NCBI GenBank assembly: GCA_013265495.1
Contig: MU057521.1
Span: 930,001-991,403, forward strand
Length of the DNA: 61,403 bases
Source of the DNA: Vicugna vicugna
Lineage: Eukaryota
Reading direction: 5' to 3'
The notes beneath the pieces were generated by a model. That model was not told the DNA's origin and searched no databases. It saw only the letters and a list, made by a program, of their open reading frames with translations. Numbering within the stretch: position 1 is the first letter of the stretch; each line of letters begins with the position of its first letter. The position numbers were made by a program, and so were the translations under genes. Of the stretch, positions 13,446 to 24,439 are shown in pieces.

Positions 13446-14589
13446 GTGTGCTGTCCTAACAGCCTCCTCTGTCAGGGAAGGACTTGAAAGGAGGAACGAA
13501 GACGGCATTCTGGTTCCTCTTTGATCGTTTTGATGTCAGTACTTTTCTCCTGAGTGGGAACCTTCAGTAGAGAGATCTTCAATTTGGGTTCCTCTCTGGT
13601 TTGCTCCCACCCCTACTTAGTAGGGACTGGCATCTCTCTTTTTTTCCTCCTTGAACACAGGTTGAAACTACTCGAGACTTCTCAAGGGCACACATGTTCA
13701 TCCACCCCAGAGCCTTTCCATGTCTGAATCATAAAGCAAACAGACCTCCAGGGGACAGAGCCCAGCCTTTGCAGAATGGGTGGGGGCACCCCTCACCTCT
13801 TGGTCCCCACCCTTGCCCTGCATGGGACTCCTCTCGGATTGTTCCACCCTCACCCAGAGACTTCTCCTCTTGTTGTGTATGTCAAATAAAAAGGCAAGCA
13901 GCATGAACCTAAAATGTCAGGATCCAAGAAAACTGCAAGACTAACCTGCTTAACCAAACATTTCTGGAAGGGAAGAGTCCTTTTGACGAATGCTTTTAGA
14001 CTGTTTGCTCACTATCCATCCATCACCAGTTTTATATGTGCTCAGAATCCCCAGGTAATGGGCGCGCTGCAAAAATAAATGGAATAAATAAATTAGTGCT
14101 TGAGCTTCTCAAATAAGATGCACCTAAAGTCATCCAGTCTTGAAGAGTAAAGTGGAAACTGTAATGAAATAAGAGACAGGCTTTTTGTTTCAGAAAAAGC
14201 AAGAAGGGGGGGGACTCACTAGAAAAGCAAGAAAAAATTCAAGAAATAAAGGGAGTCATATTTGCACAGAGTTAGTCATTGTTATTTTTGAAGCTTTGTC
14301 TCCTCACTGCCTTTTTCCATAACCTCAATTCACCTTGTATTTCTAGAGCCCCTCCACTGAGATTTGAATGCAGGTCTTTCAAAAAGTGACAGTGACAGTT
14401 ACTTGACAATTACTGTATATGCCCAAAGAGGAGATAAGGTTATTTTATCTCAGAAAGTTACCCCTCTTAAAGGAGGAAGTGGCCCAAATTTTCACATCCT
14501 TATTGTCTTTCCTAATGCACCTTGAATGACAAGTTTCTACTTGGGTCAGACACATGAGCTGGAACACATGCACACATATACATGTTATC

Positions 14590-14760
14590 ATCGTTGGTTG
14601 AGACCCCCAGAATCTACCAGGCACTAAGTCCATTGTTTGCATTAACTTCTTTAATCCTCACGACAACCCTATCAATCATGTACTATTATTATCATCCCCA
14701 TTATCATAGGAGGAAACTGTTAGTCTTAGATTCTTATAGAAGTCACCTGGTAGAACTCAT
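14590..14760 (-). mobile_element. MIR fragment
   Basis: tttaatcctcacgacaaccctat...tattatcatccccattatcataggaggaaactg. Confidence 0.7.
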
Positions 14761-15097
14761 CTTTTAAGAGGCAACAAGAGAAAAATCACATAAGATTTAA
14801 AATGTATTGTACAATTAAGGTAAATTATATTTAAAGTAAACATTTGACATCTATGCCTATAAAAGTTTATGCAGTCGAGTCAGCCTAAATTGCAGTCTTC
14901 TTTTTTAGATCGTCCAACTGGGAAGATAAAGTACGACCTTGTAATTGGGGTTATTTTCTTTCTTTCTTTTTTTTTTATTGACATATAGCCAGTTACAAAG
15001 GTCAATTTCTGGTGTACAGCATAATGTCCCAGTTATGCATATATATACATATGTTCATTTTTATATCTTTTTCATTAAAAGTTATTACAAGATATTG

Positions 15098-16484
15098 TTT
15101 TGGTCAACTAATCTTTGACAAAGGAGGCAAGAACATGCAATAGAATAAAAACAGTCTCTTCAGCAAATGGTGTTGGGAAAACTGGACAGCAGCATGCAAA
15201 TCAGTGAAGCTAGAACACTCCCTTACACCATACACACAAAAAAAACTTAAAAGTGGATCAAAGACTTAAACGTAAGACAAGATACAATAAACCTCCTAGA
15301 AGAAAATATAGGCAAAACATTATCTGACATACATCTCAAAAATGTTCTCCTAGGACAGTCTACCCAAGCAATAGAAATAAAGGCAAGAATAAATAAATGG
15401 GACCTAATTAAACTTACAAGCATCTGCACAGCAAAGGAAATCATAAGCAAAACGACAACCTACAGAATGGGAGAAAATTTTTGCAAACAATGAAACCGAC
15501 AAAGACTTGATCTCCAGCATACATAAGCAGCTCATATGGCTTAATAAGAAAAAAACAAACAACCCAATCCAAAAATGGGCAGAAGACCTAAACAAGCAAT
15601 TCTCTAAGGAAGAAATACAAATGATCAATAGGCAAATGAAAAAATGCTCAATAACATTAATTATCAGAGAAATGCAAATCAAAACTACAATGAGGTATCA
15701 CCTCTCACCAGTCAGAATGGCCATCATTCAAAAGTCCACAAATGACAAATGCTGGAGAGGCTGTGGAGAAAAGAGAACCCTCCTACACTGCTGGTGGGAA
15801 TGCAGTTTGGTACAGCCACTGTGGAAAACAGTATGAGATTCCCCAAAAGACTAGGTATAGACTTATCATATGACCCAGTAATCCTGTTCCTGGGCATAGA
15901 TCCAGAAGGAACCCTACTTCAAAAGGACACCTGCACCCCAATGTTTATAGCAGCACTATTTACAATAGCCAAGACATGGAAACAGCCTAAATGTCCATCA
16001 ACAGATGACCTGATAAAGAAGATGTAGTATATTTATACAATGGAATACTATTCGGCCATAAAAATCAACAACATAACACCATTAGCAGCAACATGGATGT
16101 TCCTGGAGAATGTCATTCTAAGTGAAGTAAGCCAGAAAGAGAAAGAAAAATACCACATGAGATGGCTCATATGTGGAATCTAAAAAAAAAAAAAGAAGAA
16201 CAAAAATACAAAACAGAAAAAGACTCACAGACATAGAATACAAATTTGTGGTTGCGAAGGGGGTGGGGGTGGGAAGGGACACACTGGGAGTTAGAAATTT
16301 GTAGACTAGATAAACAAGATTATACTGTATAGCACAGTGAAATATATACAAGATCTTGTGGTGGCTCACAGCGAAAAAAAATGTGACAATGAATATATGT
16401 ATGTTCATGTATAACTGAAAAAATGTGCTCTACACTGGAAATTGACACAACATTGTAAAATGACTATAACTCAATATGTTTAAA
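15098..16484 (+). mobile_element. 5'-truncated L1 (ORF2 C-terminal region plus 3' UTR), nested in the opposite orientation
   Basis: ORF2 peptides [25 protein letters not shown]...LLHCWWEC and DTCTPMFIAALFTIAKTWKQPKCPS. Perfect 21-bp TSD aaaagttattacaagatattg (15077-15097 and 16485-16505) at a TT/AAAA site. Confidence 0.95.
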
Positions 16485-17236
16485 AAAAGTTATTACAAGA
16501 TATTGAATTATAGTTCCCTGTGCTATACAGAAGAAATCTGCTTTTTATCTATTTTTATATACAGTGGTTAACATTTGCAAATCGCAAACTCCCAAATTTA
16601 CTCCTTTCCACCCCCTTTCCCCTGGTAACCACAAGAATGTTTACTATGTCTGTGAGTTTGTTCTGTTTTGTAGATGACTTGCTTAGTGTCCTCTTTTCTT
16701 TTCCTTTTTTTTAGATTCCACATATAAGCAATATCATATGGAATTTTTCTTTCTCTTTCTGGCTTATTTCACTTAGAATGATGATCTCCATGTCCATCCA
16801 TGTTGCTGCAAATGGCATTATTTTATTCTTTTTTACGGTTGAATAGTATTCCATTGTATAAATATACCAAAATTTCTTTATCCCTACCTTTTCTTTTTGT
16901 GGTTTGATAACTTTTTGTATTATATTGGTTTCATTTTGGGTTTTGTGACCCTATTGTATGCTTTTAAAAAACAGGTTACACTGTTTTTCAAGTATATTAA
17001 TCCATTACTGTATCTGTTTGCTTTAAACTGAGTCATAGGCTCAAACACATCCTAAAAAGAATGAAAAAAAGGGAAAAAAATCTATGTTTTCTTTTTTTTA
17101 TTTACATTTTTATTGATTCATAATCATTTTACAGTGTTGTGTACCATCTTCATGTTTATTCTATTACAACTCATTGTAGTTATCACATTTCCAATTATGG
17201 TTTTCTCCTTTCTATAGCATCCTGCTTCTTTTCTAT

Positions 17237-17720
17237 TTACAGTTGATCTTTCAATATTTCCTTTAGCATAGGTACAGTATTGCTGAATTCTTCTAGTTTT
17301 TGCTTGTCTATGACATTCTTTCTCTCTCCTTCTATTCTAAAGGATAGTCTTGGTGGTTAGAGTATCCTAGGTTGCACCTTTTTCTCATTCAGGACTTTGA
17401 ATATATTTTGCCACTTCCTTCTGGCCTGCAGTGTTTCTGTTGAGAAATCAGCTGGAAGCCTTATGGGGGTTCCCTTCTATCTAACTGTTTTTCTCTTGCT
17501 GTCTTTAGAATCATTTATTTTTAATTTTGGCCATCTTGATTATAAGATGTCTTGGTGTAGGTCTATTTGGGTTTTTCTTGTTTGCGACCCTCTGTGCTTT
17601 CTCTATTTGGATATCTGATTCCTTCTTTAAATTTGGGAAGTTTTCAGTCATGATTTCTTCAAATACCTTTTTAATTCCCTTTTCTCTTTCCTTTCCTTCT
17701 GGGACCACTGTTATGGATGT
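17237..17720 (-). pseudogene. L1 ORF1p remnant (RRM and C-terminal domain only; frameshifts and a stop)
   Basis: VPEGKEREKGIKKVFEEIMTENFPNL...RPTPRHLIIKMAK, then after frameshift GTPIRLPADFSTETLQARRKWQNIFKVL...PRIL*PPRLSFRIEGE...LKEILKDQL*. Confidence 0.9.
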
Positions 17721-19914
17721 AGTGAGGTCTATTTTTATATGGATGGTTGCCACATCTTTCTTCTGTGTGTGTTGGCTGTTATCCCTTTGATTGGGGGTGT
17801 GGCTGGTGGTGTGATCAGAGCCTGCCCTGGTTGTTGAGCGGGGCCTCCTGTTTGTTCTGCAGCTGTCACAGCCCTGATTGGGGCTGGGTCTGTTCCCCTT
17901 TTTGTTGGAATGGAGGCTTCCAGACCCGCTTCTGAGCTGCAGTGTGTAGTAGGTGGGGTTGGAGAACTTCCAAAACTCTTTGTTGATGCTGCCTTTGTCC
18001 CCACTTTAGCTGCGGGAATGTCAGTACTCGGCTCTGGTGTCCCCCAGGTTCTGAGCCCTCAGAGCTAGCAGTGCAGATCTGCCAACATCTGGGTCCACTG
18101 TAGTGATCATGCAGTCACACACCTGGACCCGCAGTGCACTACCAGGTCAGCGCCATCCCCAGCGCCGCGTCTGTTCATAGTGGGCTCACAGGAAACAGCG
18201 ACACCAGCCCTCGGCCCCGCTGTGTGCCAGAACTCCACTCCTTGCCCTTGTCTTAGATGCGTGTGTCCACAAAGACACTGCAGAATAAATTGGTCCCCTC
18301 TGCCTGGGGCTGTAAACAAGTCTCAGTCCAGTCTGTGAATCTGCAGAGCCCTGGGTACCGGTTCAGATTTCAACCCCACCTCCGCCTGGGAGCCGCGCAA
18401 CAGCCAATGTGGTGGCTGTGGCTGAGCCTCGCCTCTCTTCTCGCGAGAACGCGCCAGCGATGGTGCCGCGGACCTGCGGTGACAAAGGCTATGGCCCAGC
18501 CGCATTACGCCTTTCCCCTCAGTGCACACAAGCAGTGTTGCTTTTTTATGGCGGACTCAGACTATTCTGTTCTGAATACCCTCCCAGCCACGGTGCACAG
18601 CACACTCCAGCCCCCTGAGGCTGCCTCTGCACAGTTGGCCTCAGTCCCCCACCCGGCTCCGGCAGCCAGTCCCAGCCCACGCCCACCGGCTCGCGTCTAA
18701 GGCTGGGGGGGGTGGTGTCGCAAGGGCCCTTTGTGCCCATTTCACTTAGTCCTGTCAGCCAAGGGCTGTTGTGCACAGATCCGAGCATCGGAGGTCCCCG
18801 CTGCGTCCCCGCCGAGCTCTCCACTGGAGAGGTGGCGTCCCAGCATAAGAGCTATTCCTCCTTTGCCCCTCCCTCCCGGTGGCGCAGGTCCCGCACTAAT
18901 TTCCTTTTTCATTTTTTTTTTTTCCTACCAGATTTTGTGAGGAATTTTGTTTTTTGAAGAAGGCGATGTTGTGTCAAAGTTCAGCAGGTGTTCTGAGTGA
19001 ATGGGTGGGTCCATGGATGTCTCTCTTGGTGTATTCCTGGGAGAGGGTGCGCTAAGAGCGTCCTTCTGCTCCGCCATCTTGGCACCCTCGGGGGACTATT
19101 TTCTCCTTCCGCATCTGCAGTGAGCGCGGCCTGCGGCAGGAACACTGCCTCCACAACTGTGGGCGAAACCCGTGGAGCTTACCCTCAGTGCAGTCACAGT
19201 CAAGACACACACACATCCTTCCTTCCTCTCCCAAGAGTTGAGGAGTGGGAGGTTCTCAGAGAATTAGCATCTCCTTAAATGTTCCACTGTAGATACCTCA
19301 CTTGCCTCCCCCTGATCCAGGTCCTGCCACCCCCGCCCCCTTAACACACACCACATACTACAATTCAATGCAACAAAGTAGAGCACGGTCATGTAGTCAA
19401 ATGAATGGACTATGAGGAGTGCACGACATCTGTAGGTGGTCAAAGTGAGAGGGCGGGTGTGGACCTGCCTTCTGTGAATTCTGATTAACAAGCTAAGTTT
19501 CCAAGCCAGTCAGCCCTGAACAGGAACATTTTGAGGAAGATGAAATGACTTTATTGCAGGAAGACAGCTGAGCAAGAACAACTCATTAAAATGGGTTTGA
19601 TGGGCAGGAAAGAGAAAGCTAACGATTCCCCACAGCAATAGCAAGAATCTAAGTGCAGAAAGTGATGAGATCTGCAAAGGAGAGGGCCCAACCTCCTCGG
19701 GTATTTGAAAAGTGTCAGAGCCTAACGTGGCTGAGTAATCTCGGCAGACAGGGTGACGCACAGACTCTTCCATTCAGCCAGTCCTTATGGGGCTTCGATC
19801 ATTCCACTGGGCTCTGGATGCAATGGCGAGTGCAAATCATGGAGCGATCTCAGCCCGCGGGGATAGATCCCAGGAAGCATCATCAGGATCTCCTCTGTCA
19901 GTGGTACCACAACG

Positions 19915-20580
19915 AAAGTCATCATCCCCTTGTCCAGTGTACCTCGCCCTTTAAGTCACTCAGGAGCCGTTTCAGTTATCAGATCAACTGTCATGGTATC
20001 ACAGTGCTTGTGTTCAAGTAAACCTTATTTTACTTAATAATGGCCCCCAAGTGCACGAACAGTGATGCTGACAATTCAGATATACCGAAGAGAAGCCATA
20101 AAGTGCTTCTATTAAGTGAAAAGATGAAAGTTCTCAACTTCAAGGAAAGAAAAAAAAATCATATCCTCAGCTTGCTAAGATCAGTGGTAAGAATAAATCT
20201 TCTACCCGTGAAATTGTAGAGAAAAAAGAAATCTGTGTTAATTTTGCTACCACACCTCAAACTACAAAAGTTACAGCCACCGTGCTGGGTAAGTGCTTAG
20301 TCAAGAGGGAAAAGAGATTAACTTGGTACGATAAGATATTTTAAGAGAGAGAGACCACATTCACATAACTTTTATTACAGTATATTGTTATAATTATTCT
20401 ATTTTATTATTAGTTGCTGTTAATCTCTTACAGCACCTAATTTATAAATTAAACTTTATCACAGGTATGTATGTATAGGAAAGAACGTACGGTATATAGG
20501 TTTTGTTAATATCCGCGGTTTCAGGCATCCACCGAGGGTCTTGGAATGCATCCCCTGCTGATAAGGAGGGGGACTACTAT
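19915..20580. mobile_element. MER44/Tigger7-type TcMar element
   Basis: cagtgcttgtgttcaagtaaaccttattttacttaataatggccccca...agagagagaccacattcacataacttttattacag...ggtttcaggcatccac...gataaggagggggactact. Confidence 0.9.
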
Positions 20581-20717
20581 ACTACAACTATTGATTTTGT
20601 TCCATAAAATTTATGTTTCTATTAAAATGATGTTCTACGAAATGGAAAAATAATTTATTTTTAATTTCTGTGTTTTGCATATGCTTGTAAATTCCTTTGT
20701 TTGCCTAATTCCCTACA

Positions 20718-21880
20718 CAGTGGTTCTCAAAGTGTGGCTGTCTGCCCACGGGGGGGCCAGTAGTTCTTCCAAATGGGTTGCCCCCCTCCAACCACAAAAC
20801 TTTTTCTTAAATGCCTGAATGAGATCTACTCATTAATGACTGCCTACATATGTTTTGCCAAGTTTGGTATATTTAAGCTAAAATTAGTGTTTTAGAGTTT
20901 AGTGAGTTTATGCATGGCCCCAATTCAGTATTTTATTAACATGTGTAGCTCCTGCTGCACGTGTGCATATGCAAATAATTGCACACCTACAATTTGCGGG
21001 GAGGAGATGTATTCACCATCAGTACTGCCTTGAATGATCATGTTTTTTCATTGTTGCTCTTCTTGCTTCTTAGTAGCAAATTATTGTTGGTTTTGCTCAT
21101 GATTATCAATTTAGTTTGTTGTGGGTTGTATTTAGCCCTATAGTATGTAGTAATGAATATTTATGAATTTTTAGGCTATACATTTCCAAAACATCTCTGG
21201 TATCTATGCACTGTGTTCAAGTATGAATCATCCAGACTCTTATTACCAAAGCAAATGTGCACATATCCCCCCCCCCGCCATGATTTGCTAATGTGAGAAT
21301 ATTTCATTGGTAGTATGTGTGCAGTACATGGAATTTCAGCACACAAAGTATTTACAACATACCATCAAGGTTAGTCTAACACAGTATTGGATCATTTTCC
21401 ATTTGCATGATAATTTTAAAATTAAAAAGCAAACATATGAGCTAATGGTTTAATCTTATTACAGAGTAATAAACACTTAATGAATTTTGGGGAGGCCAGA
21501 TTTTGATTAATGTGGGGTAAGTCAAAATTGTGAATCATTTTCAAGGTCAATATTCCCCAGATGGTGTTCTACCAGATGTTAATAGATGCTCGGCAAATAA
21601 TGAATTCTTTACTCAGATAAGTTGAGGAAAGGGACATGCATAGTTGTATATATAAACTGAGAGAGAAAGAAAAAGAGAGAAAAAAAAGAAAATACACACA
21701 CACAGATTCTGTTTCTCTAGAGAACTAACACACAGGCTAAATGCTCTGAAAAGTTCTACAATTTAAAAAAAAAACCTGTTTAATTCAGCATTTTCTCAGT
21801 TTATTCAATCACAAAACATTTTTCATATAACCACCTATTAATCTCTCAAAATATAGCTGGAGAAATGCTTTTCTCAACCC
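20718..21880. mobile_element. Degraded hAT-Charlie fragments, with a short MLT2-like LTR end at about 21640-21735
   Basis: cagtggttctcaaagtgtgg terminus; gatgttaatagatgctc...cacctattaatctc internal inverted motif; ttctgtttctctagagaactaacaca. Confidence 0.5.
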
Positions 21881-22254
21881 TAACCTTAGACAGAGGTTGT
21901 CAGCAACATCAGACTCTGAATCCATTTGATTCATAAACAAATAGCCCACGTTTGGAGACACAGGATCCCAGGGCCTCTTCCTCTGCTCGTGGCGTGGGCA
22001 GGGGAACATGAGCGTGTGCTATGTCAGTATAAGGAGGAGACCGTGGAGCCTGCTTGGCACATGGTGCCGGCTGATGAAAACACCTACCGGGGAAACAGAC
22101 CCATAGCTGTGCTTCTGTCAGGTGCTCCTTTGTGGACATTCTTGGGGCCTGGGGAGTCACGTAGAAATATCAACAACCGTGGTGGGACGGCAGGGGGCTG
22201 GACAAGAAAAGCCAGCTCTGTCTCCATCCTCATACCTCCTTTGTCTCTTATTGT

Positions 22255-22560
22255 CCCTTCTTGAAAGTGTTTCCCCAAATGGTCCTCACTGACCCCAATT
22301 TATCCGTCAGATCTTAGCCTAGAAAACACTTTCTCCAGAAAACCTTTTCTCACTACATCCCCTACCCCGCACCGCCAGGTTAGCCCACCCACGTCCCTGT
22401 TACATGCATTCAGACAGCACATGCACTGGATGTGAGCATTGTTTATTTATTAATGCCCATCTTTCCTACAAGGACAAGGCCTGTTTCCATCGTATTTGTC
22501 TTAGCAGCCCTGGTACATGGCGATCAGTCAGCGGGAACTCTGAGCGAAGGAATGAGGGGT
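22255..22560 (+). mobile_element. L2 LINE 3' fragment
   Basis: tcagatcttagcctagaaaacactttctccagaaaaccttttctcact...aggacaaggcctgtttc...gccctggtacatgg. Confidence 0.6.
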
Positions 22561-23571
22561 TGAAGGGGAGCCTCTTTCTCCCTAATTTCTCTCATGATTT
22601 TATCTTTGTAGCCAAATCTGAGTACTTTACTCTGATCTTTCTCATTCTTTCAACCTTAAAAAAAATCTATACTAAGAATCTATGAAATATTCACATGTAT
22701 GTGTGTACACACGCACACACACATCTAAATATCTACTTACTCTTGCAAATAATAATAATAAAGACTATCATATATCAAGTATAATCGTGAGAAGAGAGAT
22801 GGGGAAATGTAGGCAGCAGCAGGTTTGAGGAATGAGAGGGACTGAATCCAATTACAGCAGTATCGTTTTCTGGGTCAACCAAGATTGTGCAAAAGTTTTC
22901 AAGCCTATAAAAAGAAAAGCAGAGGGTCAGGCTAATTCTAGGATCCGTTCCTCCTCCCCCCGACTGCTGTCTGCCCAGGCCCAGTGCTGTGTTGTGGACA
23001 CTGGACCCCGGTTCCTCTTCCAAGAATGACCGCTGGAAACAAAAGCATTAAGAAAAACAACGCATTGGCAGATAGACAGGTTTCATTTCAGGAAATTCAT
23101 CTACGTACTCAGAGGGCATATGTGTGTAAGGACTGCGGGTGAGGGTGGCACGCAGTGGACACCAGGCCTGGCTCCACTTACTCCCTCCACACCCCCACTA
23201 TCGCCCTGGGACCTTCAACTGCTCACACTCAGTCCTCCTTTGCAGGGTGGGGCCGGAATGGCAAAGATCTTAGCTGTGCCACAGACTCATCCTCTCCTCC
23301 CAGCCCAACACTCACTGGCAGACAACTGGCCATCCAAACAGAGTGTCATCTGAGGAGGTTGCCAATGTGTGTTACCCCAGGCAAGATGCCCATGGAAGGC
23401 TCTCCCAGGATCCCCTCTCCTTTGCCCTGGCTGACCTCCTGGAGGAGAGACCATTTAAAAACAAACAAACAAACACACCTTCTTTGAGTCAAATCTCTCT
23501 CTAGCTGATAGAAAAGCTTAAGCAAGAGCAAGCAGCTCTAATAAGAGAATTCCAACCTGGCCCCCTAATAT

Positions 23572-23590
23572 ACACACACACACACACACA

Positions 23591-23625
<35 letters not shown>

Positions 23626-23630
23626 TCTCC
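23572..23630. repeat. Compound microsatellite (CA)n(CT)n
   Basis: About 10 CA units directly followed by about 18 CT units. Confidence 0.95.
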
Positions 23631-24384
23631 TATTCTTTGAGAGCAGGGAAATACACACCAGAAATCCTAAAACATGCTAAATACATTTCATACTTCCAAA
23701 AATCTGGACCCCCTAATAAAAAGCTTGCTTTTCTGGTACAAGAAATGCATACTGAATCACAGTAACCTCTCAGGTTTACAACCACAGGGGTTGTTTTTAA
23801 TTTCCCTGGGAGAGCCAGGGCACGCTAACACTGGTATCCATGCGTATCTGACCATTGATAACCCCTTAATTAGGATTAGGCCACTTGCTCAGCTGAATTG
23901 AAATTCGTTGATGTGATTCAGAGTCATTGAAAGATGGGATGTTTTTATCAAAAATGGCTGCCCAAATGCCCTCTGTCCCACTAATGAAAACGTGTGTTGA
24001 AGGATACCTTTCCAGACGCAGAGCCAAGAGGCCAGGTTGTGGTACTTCTCACTTACACAGGGACCTGCTTGAAATCATTCTGCACAAGGTGCATAGAGAT
24101 GGTTCACCTGGGGCTTGACACCCACAGCATCATTTCTAAATGGGAGAGGATGAAGGTAGGACCACCAGAAGCCACAAAAACCCAAACTGCAAAAGCATGC
24201 TTGGGCTTACTCATTACAAATGAGTTCTTTGGCTTCTTAGAGGAGCCACTTGAAGGTCACCTCCACTTAAAATCCTTGGCTCAGAAGTTCCTTGTTGCTT
24301 TATTACCCAAGTCTATTAAAATTCTTAGAGTCTCTGGTGATGAAAATTCCAGCCAGTTTTTTTCTCTTCACTGGTAGGGGCAGG

Positions 24385-24439
24385 GAGGGGAAGAAAGCCA
24401 ACGCATGAGTCTATTTGAAATCATTTTATGAATTTTAAT
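24385..24439 (-). terminator. Candidate distal polyadenylation site
   Basis: Minus strand has ATTAAA (24439-24434) and CATAAA (24430-24425), followed by the GU/U-rich tgcgttggctttctt. Confidence 0.45.

Larger units (their letters stand above)
14957..19090 (-). mobile_element. Internally deleted L1 derivative (half-L1/HAL1-like): 5' UTR, partial ORF1, ORF2 tail, 3' UTR and polyA, interrupted by a younger L1
   Basis: 5' YY1 motif (minus AAGATGGCGG, 19080-19071); GC/CpG-rich 5' UTR about 17745-19090; ORF1 remnant 17237-17720; jump at about 16883 to the last codons of ORF2; T-rich tail at 14957-14978. Confidence 0.85.

Noticed and set aside
15247..18957. Numerous 60-150 aa ORFs
   Set aside because: These are L1 ORF2/ORF1 fragments or chance ORFs in the GC-rich L1 5' UTR, not host genes.
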